Assembly (NCBI GenBank): GCA_963703225.1
Contig: OY969801.1
Coordinates: 576,001-640,000 of the forward strand
Direction: 5' to 3'
DNA length: 64,000 bases
Source: Candidatus Eiseniibacteriota bacterium
GTDB taxonomy: Bacteria; Eisenbacteria; RBG-16-71-46; SZUA-252
A model generated the notes under the pieces. The model was given only the letters and a program-made list of their open reading frames with translations. It did no database searches and had not been told where the DNA came from. Both the position numbers and the translations under genes were made by a program. Positions 1-10,463 of the stretch are shown here, one piece after another (position 1 is the stretch's first letter; every line of letters starts with the position of its first letter).

Positions 1-681
1 GTCGCCGAGCCTCGATCGACGGTCTATGCGAGCCGGACCCGCGGCATCTGTCTCTCCCTGGAGGCCGGGACTCCCGAATACGATCTCGCCTATTTCCCCA
101 GGGTCTACATGGGAGTCGATGGGGCCCTGTCGGGTGATCAGGGCCTCCGGACTCTGGGGGGGAAGGACTTCATCGCGGCCCACCCGACCGTCGAGGGTGC
201 CGCGGCCGGATACGACACGGCCCGGGTCGACCGCGGCCCACTGGGCAGCGGGGCCAAGTGGATCACTGATCCGGGCACCGGGGATCCAAACCTCAACAGG
301 ATGCCCGGCCTGCCCCAGGTGGACGGGTGGATCATGGCTCGAGATTTTGGCTGCGCGGCTCCCCTATCGCTCCGACCGGAGAATCTCTCACTGCCGATCG
401 CCCAACCCATCTTCATCTACCACGGCGCCAACAAGGGAGTGGATGAGGAGGGAGGCGCGTCGCCGCGGGAGGGGATGGTGGTTGGGATCCGGGTGCAGGC
501 TCACGCCATGCCACCCCCCGAGAATCAACCGTACGGCACGCCGATCGAATTCGACCCGAAGATATCGATCGGCAGGATGGTCCATCTGGCCTTCCCGCTC
601 TACTTCCTGGAGGATCAGGAGGCGATCCGGGTCCTCCGATCGGCCTTTGCCTACGTGAACGCCTCCCCGACGCTGCCCTGA
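1..681 (+). CDS. hypothetical protein, C-terminal part (5' truncated by window)
   Basis: Frame is open from base 1 to TGA at 681 with GC-rich coding codon usage; followed by a hairpin. Confidence 0.7.
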   Translation, partial: VAEPRSTVYASRTRGICLSLEAGTPEYDLAYFPRVYMGVDGALSGDQGLRTLGGKDFIAAHPTVEGAAAGYDTARVDRGPLGSGAKWITDPGTGDPNLNRMPGLPQVDGWIMARDFGCAAPLSLRPENLSLPIAQPIFIYHGANKGVDEEGGASPREGMVVGIRVQAHAMPPPENQPYGTPIEFDPKISIGRMVHLAFPLYFLEDQEAIRVLRSAFAYVNASPTLP

Positions 682-691
682 TCTGCTGGGG

Positions 692-737
692 AAAAAGCCA
701 AGAGGCCGCAGGGTTGAGACACCCTGCGGCCTCGGCT
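692..737 (-). terminator. intrinsic terminator hairpin (possibly bidirectional)
   Basis: GAGGCCGCAGGGT-tgagac-ACCCTGCGGCCTC perfect stem (702-733); A-run at 692-696 is a U-tract on the minus strand; lies between convergent genes. Confidence 0.75.
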
Positions 738-758
738 GTAGAACTGGCTAGCTGGTTC

Positions 759-2660
759 CTACTTCGCCAGCACCATCTTGATTCCGGATGAAGCCTTGTT
801 GTCCACACCAGTGATCTTGGCGTAGTAGACGCCCGACGCCGCCTTGCCGCCGTTCGTCGTCCTACCATCCCACGACGCTTCGTGGGTCCCAACATCGTAG
901 TGCTGGCTGGCGACGGTCTTGATGAGCGCTCCCTGGACGTTATAGAGCCGAAGCGTGTACTTGCCCGCCTTCGACACGGCAAACCGAATCTTGGTCACCG
1001 GGTTGAAGGGGTTCGGCGAGTTGCCGAGTAGGGCCACGCCCGCGGCCGGGAGGCTGCTCTGCGTCAGCTTCATGTAAGCAAAGCCCTGGAAGGTGCGGCC
1101 CGCGAGGTTTCCGTAGGCCTGCATCTTCATCGGGACGATCTGGTCAACCAGACCCAGAGCGATAATCCTGTTCGCGATCCGCCGGAAGCCCCAGACGCAG
1201 CGAAGCCGAACCGAATCGGGGAGCCCGTGGGCGATGCTGTCGAAGCAGGACGTGTTGCTCACTGGGGTGCCGGCGCCAGTGGTGAGGCCAGGATTACAGG
1301 CGAGACCCAGTAGCGTCGGGCTGTTGAGGAGGCTGGCCCGACACCGAACGCCCTCTTGCGCTGGAATCGGGGGCACGTGAGCCGGGTTCGCACTGATATT
1401 CCCACTCCCGCAGCGATAGCCAGCGTTCCTGGTCTCCGGCGGGAAGTTCATGATCGTCTGGAAGACCGTGGTCGTCATGTCGTTGATGTCCATGACGGCC
1501 GGAACCGTCGCCACGCCCATCTTCAACGGTAGCTCGCAGTTGAAGAGCGGGTTCGCGCGCCACGTGGTCACGCCCAAGCCGCCATCCTGAGAGGTGTAGA
1601 TGACGTAGTTGAAGGGGACGCCATCGTTCGTCGTGTTCAGCATGTTGGAAACGGACGGGTCCGCATCGGAGTGGGGATCGAAATTGATCTCGCACTTCGC
1701 CTGCGAAGACAGCTTGATGCTCCAGATGGTCGAGGGGCCAGCGGGATCCTCGCCGGACGGCGCGCCATAGTAGATCGTCCCACCGTCGCTGGACCAGTCG
1801 GGATCGCTATGGGACACCGATGCGAAGTTCACCTCGGCGCCTCGCGTGTAGCCGGGGGCGCCGGAGGCGAGGTCGAGGTCGATGATCTCGATGACGGCAG
1901 GGCCGAACTTGTTCGTCGAGTAGGCAATGTCATGACCGTTCGGGGACCAGGCCGGGGCGGCTTCCGACTTGTTGTCCAGGAACGTGCGCCGCGTCGCCGC
2001 CGAGGCGGTGCCGTTCACCACGTCGACGTCGGCCGTGTAGATGTCCGCGCTCCCGTTCAGGGTGTTGTCGAACGCGAGCGTGTACCCGGTGGGAGACCAA
2101 TCCGGATGCCGCACATTGTCCCCGGAGTAAACCAGGATTGGATCGCCGACCGTTGACTCAGCACCCTCGCCAGGGTCGTAGGATCCGCCGTGGTCAGCTT
2201 CGAAGTCATCGTTGACGAAGAATTCCTGAACGTAGAGCCCCTGATCGGTGCCATCTGAATTCGCCCGGACGTAGGCCATGAACCGACCATCGCTGCTCCA
2301 CGCCGGATCGAAATAGGAAATATTCGCGGCAGGATCGTTGAGCATGGGGGCGGTGTAGCCCGACTGCTGGGCGTTCAAGTGCAGCCAGATGGACCTGACC
2401 CCTTCGCGGCCCGGGACCAAGCTTCTGGTCGAGAGACTGAACCACAACTCGGCGTCGCGACCGTCGACTCCCCCAATAACCAGCGCAGACATGATCCCGT
2501 CCGCATCGATCGGACGCCAAGCCGGCTGCTCGGCCCCGTTGACGAATCCGCTGGCGTTTGTGAGCGGGGCAAACGAACCGCGAAGGTCCGCATACCCCTG
2601 AGCCGGTAGAAGCGCGGCTGCGAGCGCCAAAATTCCGATGACGCCTAGTAATTTCTTCAT
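759..2660 (-). CDS. secreted TolB-like (PD40) beta-propeller protein with C-terminal FlgD/T9SS-type Ig domain
   Basis: Signal peptide MKKLLGVIGILALAAALLPAQGYA; repeated PAWSSDG/PDWSPTG/PAWSPNG/PDWSSDG; C-terminal NSPNPFNP...WDGRT...ASGVYY; start chosen by AGGAG RBS. Confidence 0.85.
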   Translation of the reverse strand: MKKLLGVIGILALAAALLPAQGYADLRGSFAPLTNASGFVNGAEQPAWRPIDADGIMSALVIGGVDGRDAELWFSLSTRSLVPGREGVRSIWLHLNAQQSGYTAPMLNDPAANISYFDPAWSSDGRFMAYVRANSDGTDQGLYVQEFFVNDDFEADHGGSYDPGEGAESTVGDPILVYSGDNVRHPDWSPTGYTLAFDNTLNGSADIYTADVDVVNGTASAATRRTFLDNKSEAAPAWSPNGHDIAYSTNKFGPAVIEIIDLDLASGAPGYTRGAEVNFASVSHSDPDWSSDGGTIYYGAPSGEDPAGPSTIWSIKLSSQAKCEINFDPHSDADPSVSNMLNTTNDGVPFNYVIYTSQDGGLGVTTWRANPLFNCELPLKMGVATVPAVMDINDMTTTVFQTIMNFPPETRNAGYRCGSGNISANPAHVPPIPAQEGVRCRASLLNSPTLLGLACNPGLTTGAGTPVSNTSCFDSIAHGLPDSVRLRCVWGFRRIANRIIALGLVDQIVPMKMQAYGNLAGRTFQGFAYMKLTQSSLPAAGVALLGNSPNPFNPVTKIRFAVSKAGKYTLRLYNVQGALIKTVASQHYDVGTHEASWDGRTTNGGKAASGVYYAKITGVDNKASSGIKMVLAK

Positions 2661-2831
2661 CCCTTTCATCTCCTCTCTAACGCAGGTAAAAGCGAGAAGA
2701 CACCCCAAGAGGATAAGGTATACGACAGAAAGAGCCCAATCACCTCCTTACGGTATCATGATTCGAATCGAGCTAAAGCGATGTAAGTTCGCGTAATCGG
2801 GAAAGCAAGCCCCGTTTTTTTTACCTGATTG

Positions 2832-2861
2832 AGTATACAGGGGACAGGCATCAGGTGTCAA
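2832..2861 (-). promoter_or_regulatory. sigma70-like promoter
   Basis: Minus strand TTGACA-N18-TATACT in an AT-rich intergenic region upstream of 759..2660. Confidence 0.6.
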
Positions 2862-2905
2862 GCGATTTTTGGAACTTTTGGGTGGGCCTACTGTTCAAAA
2901 ATGCC

Positions 2906-2934
2906 TTGACAGATCAGCACTTGGAACCTAGTCT
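2906..2934 (+). promoter_or_regulatory. sigma70-like promoter
   Basis: TTGACA-N17-TAGTCT upstream of 3085. Confidence 0.5.
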
Positions 2935-3084
2935 GCGCCCAGATTGGATCCAAGATCGGGTCACAATCTGGTCCAATTCGGCGGGGCTATCCACCGAGCC
3001 TTGACCGCACGGCACCCCCCTTGGCACTACAATTATACGTGAAACGGCGGACCGCCGGGGCCGCCGCCGTAATGAGGGAGGTTG

Positions 3085-4149
3085 ATGTCCTTCAAGTTCC
3101 TTGTTTTCAATCGCTTGGCTGGCCTGATTTTGCTCCCCCTCAGCGCTTTGCCCGGCATCTCGGTAGCCCAGACCCCATTTCCCAAGAGCCCGACCGGAGT
3201 CCACGCCTTCTACGTTCCCGCCAGCGCCCAGAACCGAAACGTCGTAAACAACGCGACCGGGACCTTCGTCTTCCTGGTTTGGGACGGCCCAAGCGCAGAG
3301 AGCGACACGACTTGCACGCTCGTGACGAAGGTTATCATCACGATTAATCCGCCCCCCAATCCGCCTGACACAACCATTACCACGACGCTCGTCTGCTCGC
3401 CGCTTTGGCAGGGGTACCGGGTTCGGAGGACGATCGAGGGGGTAACCCCCGGAAGGCTCGGGGTGGTCGGCCAGTGGAAGTCGCGAGATACGGTTGACTC
3501 TCTCTGCCTCGCGGCCCAGGCCCCCTGCGATCCCCAGAACTTCGTCTTCACTGGGGCCGGCGTCTTCTTCAAGGGGTTCAAGAGCAATCGAGTGATTGTT
3601 CAGACATCCTCGGGTCCCGACACGACCTACATCCTCAACTATCCCCCTGGCAACCCGGTCGATGCGGACACTTCGGCCAGGATCTACGCGGATACGGGGG
3701 CGATGACGGGCTTTCGGATCGAATACGCCGTCACCTCGATCGATACGGTGCGCCAGGTAAACGCCGACTTCTATGAGAGCCCGGTCGACAGCTCCCAGAT
3801 CGTCAGGCTGACGCCGTCGACCGGCCCCGCCAGCAATCTCGAGGCGGTCGCCGTGGTGCCCAACCCTTATAAGGGGTCGGCGCAGTGGGATCCCTCTCCG
3901 AGCGAGCGGCGCATCCATTTCATCCATCTCCCCGCCGGATCGACGGTCCGGATCTACACCTCCTCCGGGGAGCTGCTTCGAACGATGACCCAGAACCCCA
4001 ACGCCAATGCCGGCGGGGTGAGTGGGGAGCTGGAGTGGGATATGAAGAACGACGGGGGCAAGACCGTCGTATCCGGCATCTACATCTACACCGTTCATCC
4101 GCCCGACGGGGGCACGCCCAAGAAGGGCCATTTCGTAATCATCAAGTAA
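3085..4149 (+). CDS. secreted protein with C-terminal T9SS/FlgD-like domain
   Basis: GGGAGG RBS, signal peptide, C-terminal VAVVPNPY...IYTSSGELLR...WDMKN...VVSGIYIY. Confidence 0.75.
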   Translation: MSFKFLVFNRLAGLILLPLSALPGISVAQTPFPKSPTGVHAFYVPASAQNRNVVNNATGTFVFLVWDGPSAESDTTCTLVTKVIITINPPPNPPDTTITTTLVCSPLWQGYRVRRTIEGVTPGRLGVVGQWKSRDTVDSLCLAAQAPCDPQNFVFTGAGVFFKGFKSNRVIVQTSSGPDTTYILNYPPGNPVDADTSARIYADTGAMTGFRIEYAVTSIDTVRQVNADFYESPVDSSQIVRLTPSTGPASNLEAVAVVPNPYKGSAQWDPSPSERRIHFIHLPAGSTVRIYTSSGELLRTMTQNPNANAGGVSGELEWDMKNDGGKTVVSGIYIYTVHPPDGGTPKKGHFVIIK

Positions 4150-4203
4150 GGCCGCCCCAGACCGCTCCAGCACGGCAGGGCAACCAGGCGGCCCGGAGGA
4201 GTC

Positions 4204-5751
4204 ATGAATCCCCAGACCATCCCCGCCGCCACCGAACGCGCCGAGCGCGCCAGGTCAGCCGAATCCACCCCCCGCGAATACCTGAACCTGATCGGCGGGA
4301 AGTGGGTCCCCGCCCGGTCGGGGCGCAGGTTCGAGAACCGGAATCCCGCCCGTCCCTCCGATCTGATCGGCACCTTCCCCGAGTCGGGCCCCGAGGATGT
4401 CGACGCCGCCGTCCAAGCGGCCTCCAGGGCCTACCCGGCCTGGCGGCTCACCCCGGCGCCTCGGAGGGCCGAGGTCATCTACCGCGCCGCGGAGCTGCTG
4501 CGAGAACGGAAGGAAGAGCTGGCCCGGGCCATGACCCGGGAAATGGGGAAAGTGCTGGCCGAGACCCGCGGGGACGTTCAGGAGGCCATCGACATGGCCT
4601 ACTACCTGGGGGCGGAGGGGAGACGGCTATTCGGCGTCACGGTTCCCTCCGAGCTGCCCAACAAGTTCGCCATGTCGATCCGCCAGCCGCTCGGGGTCTG
4701 CGGGCTGATCACGCCCTGGAATTTCCCGATGGCGATCCCATCCTGGAAGATCTTCCCGGCGCTCGTCGCCGGGAACACGGTGGTCATCAAGCCGGCGACC
4801 GATACGCCAGCCTCGGCCCACCACCTGGTGGAGGCGCTGCTCGAGGCGGGCGCGCCTGCTGGCGTGCTCAACATCGTCCATGGCGGGGGCGCGGCGGTCG
4901 GGGTCCCGCTCACCGAGCACCCGGCCGTGAAGATGATCTCCTTCACCGGGTCCTCGGAGGTGGGGAAGACGATCGCCGAGCGGACGGCGGGATCCTTGAA
5001 GCGGCTCTCCCTAGAGCTGGGCGGGAAGAACGCCCAGATCGTGATGGAGGATGGGGACCTCGACCTCGCGGTGGAAGGCGCGCTCTGGGGCGCCTTTGGA
5101 ACGACCGGCCAGCGCTGTACGGCGACGAGCCGCCTCATCGTCATGAAGCAGGTCCACGACGAGATGGTTCGACGCCTGGCCGACCGGGCCGCCCGGCTTC
5201 GCCTGGGCGACGGGCTGGAGCCCGGCACCGAGGTGGGCCCGCTGGTCAACAGGGGGCAGCGGGATCGGATCCACTCCTACGTGGAGATCGGGAAGAAGGA
5301 GGGGGCGAAGCTCGTCGCCGGCGGGAGCCCCGCCGAGGAGGGCGCGCTCCGCGACGGTCACTTCTACAAGCCGACGATCTTTGACGGGGTGACCCCGGAA
5401 ATGCGGATCGCGGTGGAAGAGATCTTTGGACCGGTCCTTTCGATCCTCACGGTCTCCTCCCTGGAGGAGGCGATCGAAGTCCTGAACGGCACCCCCTACG
5501 GGCTCAGCTCCTCCATCTACACTCGGGACGTGAACCGGGCCATGCGGGCGATCCGCGACATCGAGGCCGGGATCACTTACATTAATGGACCGACAATCGG
5601 CGCCGAAGTGCAGCTACCCTTTGGCGGCGTGAAGGAGACCGGAAACGGCCACCGCGAGGGTGGCCCGACCGTCATCGACGCATTTACCGAGTGGAAGTCG
5701 GTCTACGTTGACTACAGCGGCAAGCTCCAGAAAGCCCAAATCGATCGCTGA
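4204..5751 (+). CDS. NAD(P)-dependent aldehyde dehydrogenase
   Basis: [31 protein letters not shown] and PFGGVK motifs. Confidence 0.95.
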   Translation: MNPQTIPAATERAERARSAESTPREYLNLIGGKWVPARSGRRFENRNPARPSDLIGTFPESGPEDVDAAVQAASRAYPAWRLTPAPRRAEVIYRAAELLRERKEELARAMTREMGKVLAETRGDVQEAIDMAYYLGAEGRRLFGVTVPSELPNKFAMSIRQPLGVCGLITPWNFPMAIPSWKIFPALVAGNTVVIKPATDTPASAHHLVEALLEAGAPAGVLNIVHGGGAAVGVPLTEHPAVKMISFTGSSEVGKTIAERTAGSLKRLSLELGGKNAQIVMEDGDLDLAVEGALWGAFGTTGQRCTATSRLIVMKQVHDEMVRRLADRAARLRLGDGLEPGTEVGPLVNRGQRDRIHSYVEIGKKEGAKLVAGGSPAEEGALRDGHFYKPTIFDGVTPEMRIAVEEIFGPVLSILTVSSLEEAIEVLNGTPYGLSSSIYTRDVNRAMRAIRDIEAGITYINGPTIGAEVQLPFGGVKETGNGHREGGPTVIDAFTEWKSVYVDYSGKLQKAQIDR

Positions 5752-5764
5752 TCGCGGCGCCCCG

Positions 5765-6797
5765 CTTGCGGCGGTCGCGAAGAGCGCGGCCCCGCTCGCG
5801 ACGGTTCTGCGCGCAGGCCAGGTCGAATCCGTTCATCGCGGCCACGTCGCGGTGGTCGACGCGCGCGCGCGGCTCGTCGCCTGGGCCGGCGAGCCTGACG
5901 CTCCTGATCTTTCCGCGCTCGGCATTCAAGCCCTTCCAGGCTCTTCCCCTTGTCGAGTCGGGTGCCTTTGCGCGCTCGGGTCTGGGCGCCGATGCCCTGG
6001 CGCTGATCGCGGGATCCCACAGCGGCACCGATCGCCACGCCGCCATCGCGCGCACGATTTTGGCCGCGGCCGGCGTGGACGAGTCCGCGCTTCGGTGCGG
6101 TTCTCACCCGCCCTACGACGACGCGACGGCGGAGGCGCTCCGCGCCCGCGGCGAAGCCCCGACGCCGATCCGCCACAACTGCTCGGGCAAGCACGCCGGG
6201 ATGCTGCTCTACGCCCGCGCGCTCGGAGCCCCGCTCGAGAGCTACACCGACCCTGGGCATCCTGTGCAGCGGCGGATCTTCGACCGCTTCGCCGAGCTGG
6301 TCGGGGAGGAGTTCGTCGATCCGGTCCCCGCGATCGACGGGTGCAGCGCGCCGACCCCTCGGATTCCGATCCGGACGCTCGCCTACGCGTTCGCGCTTCT
6401 CGCGCGCGGCGTCGACGGCGCGGGGAAGGATTTCCCCGCGCTGGCCCAGATCCGCGACGCGATGCGCGCCCACCCCGACCTGGTCGCGGGGGAAGGGCGC
6501 ATCGACACCCTCCTGATCCGCGCCGTGACGGGGGCGGTGGCCAAGGCCGGCGCCGAAGGGGTCCACGCGACGGGAATTCCGGAGCGGGGCATCGGGATCG
6601 CGGTCAAGGTGGAGGACGGCTCCCGGCGGGCCCTCGGGCCGGCGGTGACGTCCACCCTTCAAGAGCTGGGCGTGATCGGCGAAGCCGAGCGCCAGGCCCT
6701 GGCGCGGCATGCGGGCGAGCGGCTTCGGAACGCCGCGGGGATCGATGTCGGCGAGATTCGAGGAGTGGCGCGCCTCGAGCAGGGGGACAAAAGGTGA
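5765..6797 (+). CDS. L-asparaginase II family protein with apparent frameshift near 5900 (start approximate)
   Basis: N-terminal RAGQVESVHRGH lies in one frame; PRSAFKPFQA, GSHSG, HNCSGKHAGML, DGCSAP and KAGAEGV lie in another. Confidence 0.8.
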
Positions 6798-9679
6798 GCG
6801 CGCCGAAGGTGGAGGCCACCCCCAGCGTGAAGCCCGCACGGACCGAGCCCGTGGTGGATCGACCGCAGAACGTCTACTTCTTCGGCGACGGCCGCGCGGA
6901 GGGGAGCGCCCGGATGCGGGACCTCCTGGGCGGAAAGGGCGCGGGGCTCGCCGAGATGACCAACGCGGGCATCCCCGTTCCGCCCGGATATACGATCACC
7001 ACCGCGGCCTGCCGGCAGTTCTTCGAAGCGGGCGGCCGACTCCTCGACTCGATCGTCCAGGAAGAGGAGCAAGCGCTCCGACGCCTGGAGCGCTATCTCG
7101 GCCGCCGCCTGGGAGACCCCGAAAACCCGCTTCTCGTTTCCGTCCGGTCGGGAGCACCTCTCTCGATGCCGGGGATGATGGACACGGTCCTGAATCTGGG
7201 TCTCAACGATCAGACGGTCGAGGGAATCGTCCAGCGGAGCCAAAGCCCCCGATTCGCCTACGACAGCTATCGGCGCTTCATCCAGATGTATTCCGACGTG
7301 GTGCTCGGAATCCCGCGCTCGCGCTTCGAGCGGGAGCTGACCCGGACCAAGGCGCGCTCGCGCGTGGTGCTCGATGTCGACCTGACTCCCGAGCAGCTCC
7401 GCGGCCTCGTCGAGCGTTTCAAGAAGATCGTCCGCCGGGAGATCGGCGTCGACTTCCCGCAGGACGCGCGGGCCCAGCTGGCCGGAGCGCGGGACGCCGT
7501 CTTTCGCTCCTGGAACGGCGAGCGGGCGGTCCACTACCGCCGCATCCACGGCATCGGCGACGAGGTGGGCACCGCCGTCACCGTTCAGGCCATGGTCTTC
7601 GGGAATCTCGGCGCTTCGTCCGCCACGGGGGTGGGCTTCACGCGCGACCCGGCGACGGGCGAGCCGCGCTTCTACGGCGAGTACCTCCTGAACGCGCAGG
7701 GGGAGGACGTGGTCGCCGGGATCCGCACGCCCCGTCCGATCGAGGAAATGGAGCGCGAGCTGCCGGAGGCGTACGCCCAGCTTCGCGAGATCACCTCGCG
7801 GCTCGAGCGCCATTACCGCGACGTCCAGGATTTTGAATTCACGGTCGAGGAGGGGCGGCTCTTCATGCTCCAGACCCGGCGCGCCGCGCGCACGGGGATC
7901 GCCGCGCTCCGGATCGCCGTCGAGATGGTGGAGGAAGGGCTCCTCTCCAAGCGCGAGGCGATCGAGCGGGTCGAGCCGGAGCATCTCGACCAGGTGCTCC
8001 ATCCGGTCTTGGACCCGACGGCCCGGCGCCGGCACGAGCGGGTCGCGACGGGGCTCCCCGCCTCGCCCGGCGCCGCCGCGGGCGCGATCGTCTTCACGTC
8101 GGAGGAAGCGGCGCGCCGGGGCGCGAAGGAGCGGGTGATCCTCTTGCGGGCCGAGACCTCGCCCGACGACATCGCGGGGATGCACGCCGCGCAGGGGATT
8201 CTGACCGCGACGGGCGGCATGACGTCCCACGCGGCCGTGGTCGCGCGGGGCATGGGGAAGTGCTGCGTCGTCGGCTGCTCGGCGCTCTTGATCGACGAAG
8301 CGACGAGGACGGTCAAGGTCGGGGGGCGTCTGATCCGCGAGGGCGCCTTTCTCTCCCTCGACGGCTCGAAGGGGGAGGTGCTCCTGGGCGACGTGCCCAC
8401 CTCCGACTCCGACGTGGTGCGGGTTCTCACGGGGCGGCTCAAGCCCGCGCAGTCGCCTCTCTATCAATGCTTCGAGCGGCTCACGGCCTGGTGCGACGAG
8501 GAGCGGCGGCTTCGCGTCCGCGCGAACGCCGACATCCCGCGGGACGCCAAGATCGCGCGCCAATTGGGCGCCGAGGGGATCGGTCTCTGCCGCACCGAGC
8601 ACATGTTCTTCGCGCCCGAGCGGATTCCCCACGTCGTGACCATGATCCTGAACGCACAGCACGCGCGGGACGCCGAGGTGCGGATCGAGCGGCTCAAGAC
8701 GGAGCTCGCCGAGGCACCGCGGTCGGAGCGGCCCCGTTTGAAGAAGGAGCTGGAGCGGGAGCGCCGCGAGGGGCGGGAGCCAATCGCCGCCTTCAAGGGG
8801 GCTCTGGCCAAGCTGCTCCCCCTCCAGAGAGCCGATTTCAAGGGGCTCTTCCTGGCCATGGAGGGCTGCCCGGTCACGATCCGCACGCTCGACCCGCCGC
8901 TCCACGAGTTCCTGCCCAAGCGGGAACAGCTGGAGAGGGAGATCGCGGCGCTCAAGCGGGCGCCGAAGGGCGATCCGAGGCGCGGTCGGCTCACGCGCAC
9001 GCTGGCCCGAGTCGAGGAGCTCCACGAATTCAACCCGATGCTGGGCTTTCGCGGCTGTCGGCTGGGCATCCTCCATCCCGAAATCACGCGGATGCAGGCG
9101 CGCGCCATCTTCGAAGCGGCGGCCCAGGTTCTCAAGGCGGGGAAGCGGGTGATTCCCGAGATCATGATCCCGTTGGTCGGCGACCCCGAGGAGTTGAGGC
9201 GGCAGCGCGCGGTGGTGGAGACGGTCGCCGCCGAGGTGGCGCGGCGGACCAAGATCGCGATCCCCCACACGATCGGGACGATGATCGAGGTGCCGCGGGC
9301 CGCCATCTTGGCCGACGAGATCGCGGCGCACGCAGACTTCTTCTCCTTCGGCACCAACGATCTCACCCAGATGACCTTTGGCTATTCGCGGGACGATTCG
9401 GGGCGATTCCTCCCGGAATACGTGGAGACCGGAATCCTCCGCCAGGATCCATTCGTCTCGATCGACACGCGGGGCGTGGGCACGCTGCTCCAGCGGGCCG
9501 CGTTCGCGGGCCGCCGCGCCAAGCCCGGGCTCAAGATCGGGATCTGCGGGGAGCACGGCGGCGATCCCACATCGATCGCGTTCTTCGAGATGGTGGGGCT
9601 CGACTACGTCTCGTGCAGCCCCTTCCGGATTCCCCTGGCACGCCTCGCCGCAGCCCGCGCCGCCCTCAAGCGGGCGTGA
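6794..9679 (+). CDS. ppdK: pyruvate, phosphate dikinase
   Basis: LLGGKGAGLAEM, VSVRSGA, GGMTSHAAVVARG, GIGLCRTEHMF, FSFGTNDLTQ, GICGEHGG; GTG start overlaps the upstream stop. Confidence 0.97.
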   Translation: MSAPKVEATPSVKPARTEPVVDRPQNVYFFGDGRAEGSARMRDLLGGKGAGLAEMTNAGIPVPPGYTITTAACRQFFEAGGRLLDSIVQEEEQALRRLERYLGRRLGDPENPLLVSVRSGAPLSMPGMMDTVLNLGLNDQTVEGIVQRSQSPRFAYDSYRRFIQMYSDVVLGIPRSRFERELTRTKARSRVVLDVDLTPEQLRGLVERFKKIVRREIGVDFPQDARAQLAGARDAVFRSWNGERAVHYRRIHGIGDEVGTAVTVQAMVFGNLGASSATGVGFTRDPATGEPRFYGEYLLNAQGEDVVAGIRTPRPIEEMERELPEAYAQLREITSRLERHYRDVQDFEFTVEEGRLFMLQTRRAARTGIAALRIAVEMVEEGLLSKREAIERVEPEHLDQVLHPVLDPTARRRHERVATGLPASPGAAAGAIVFTSEEAARRGAKERVILLRAETSPDDIAGMHAAQGILTATGGMTSHAAVVARGMGKCCVVGCSALLIDEATRTVKVGGRLIREGAFLSLDGSKGEVLLGDVPTSDSDVVRVLTGRLKPAQSPLYQCFERLTAWCDEERRLRVRANADIPRDAKIARQLGAEGIGLCRTEHMFFAPERIPHVVTMILNAQHARDAEVRIERLKTELAEAPRSERPRLKKELERERREGREPIAAFKGALAKLLPLQRADFKGLFLAMEGCPVTIRTLDPPLHEFLPKREQLEREIAALKRAPKGDPRRGRLTRTLARVEELHEFNPMLGFRGCRLGILHPEITRMQARAIFEAAAQVLKAGKRVIPEIMIPLVGDPEELRRQRAVVETVAAEVARRTKIAIPHTIGTMIEVPRAAILADEIAAHADFFSFGTNDLTQMTFGYSRDDSGRFLPEYVETGILRQDPFVSIDTRGVGTLLQRAAFAGRRAKPGLKIGICGEHGGDPTSIAFFEMVGLDYVSCSPFRIPLARLAAARAALKRA

Positions 9680-10404
9680 CCGTCGACGCGCTCATCCCCG
9701 CCCTGGACGAAGCGGGGGCGATCGGGCTGGTGCTCGACGCCCTCCCGCGTCCTCTGATCCGCCGGGCGATCGTGTGCGACAACGGATCGTCCGACCATAC
9801 CGCCGAGATCGCCCGGGCGCGCGGCGCCACGGTCGTGAGCGAGCCGAGACGCGGCTATGGCGCGGCCTGCCTTCGTGGCCTCGCCGAGCTGGCGAACGAT
9901 CCGCCGGACGTGGTGCTCTTCTTGGACGGCGACCTGAGCGACGATCCGGCCGAAGCCGCGCAAGTCCTGGCGCCGATCCTTGCCGGCCGGGCCGATCTCG
10001 TGATTGGCTCCCGCGCTCTGGGCAAGCGGGAGCGCGGCGCGCTCACGCCGCAAGCGCGCTTCGGGAATTGGCTCGCAACCCGGCTCCTCCGCGTCCTGTA
10101 TGGAGCCCATTTCACCGATCTCGGGCCGTTCCGGGCGATTCGCTATCCATCCCTCGTCGCGCTCGTCATGCGCGATCGGGATTTTGGCTGGACGGTGGAG
10201 ATGCAGGTGAAAGCCGCGCGAGCGCGGATTCGTACTGAGGAGGTTCCGGTGCGCTACCGGCGTCGTATCGGTCGGTCCAAAATTTCCGGCACCATCTCGG
10301 GAAGCTTTCAGGCCGGTTCCAGGATTCTCGGCACGATCGCGGCCGATTATCTCCGCGGCGGTCCGCCGGCTCACGGACGGGAACACGAGGGCGTGGCGCC
10401 TTGA
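9676..10404 (+). CDS. glycosyltransferase family 2
   Basis: IPALDEA, DNGSSD, GYGAAC, FLDGD, DLGPFRAI, GWTVEMQ; GTG overlaps the ppdK stop. Confidence 0.9.
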   Translation: MTVDALIPALDEAGAIGLVLDALPRPLIRRAIVCDNGSSDHTAEIARARGATVVSEPRRGYGAACLRGLAELANDPPDVVLFLDGDLSDDPAEAAQVLAPILAGRADLVIGSRALGKRERGALTPQARFGNWLATRLLRVLYGAHFTDLGPFRAIRYPSLVALVMRDRDFGWTVEMQVKAARARIRTEEVPVRYRRRIGRSKISGTISGSFQAGSRILGTIAADYLRGGPPAHGREHEGVAP

Positions 10405-10463
10405 CCCTCTGTCCCCGCGCGGGGTACCATTTGCGAATCTTGCGACCGTCCGGCGCCATCGTA

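Noticed and set aside
5660..9679. 1339-aa asparaginase-PPDK fusion ORF
   Set aside because: Artefact of the frameshift near 5900; PPDK has its own GTG at 6794.
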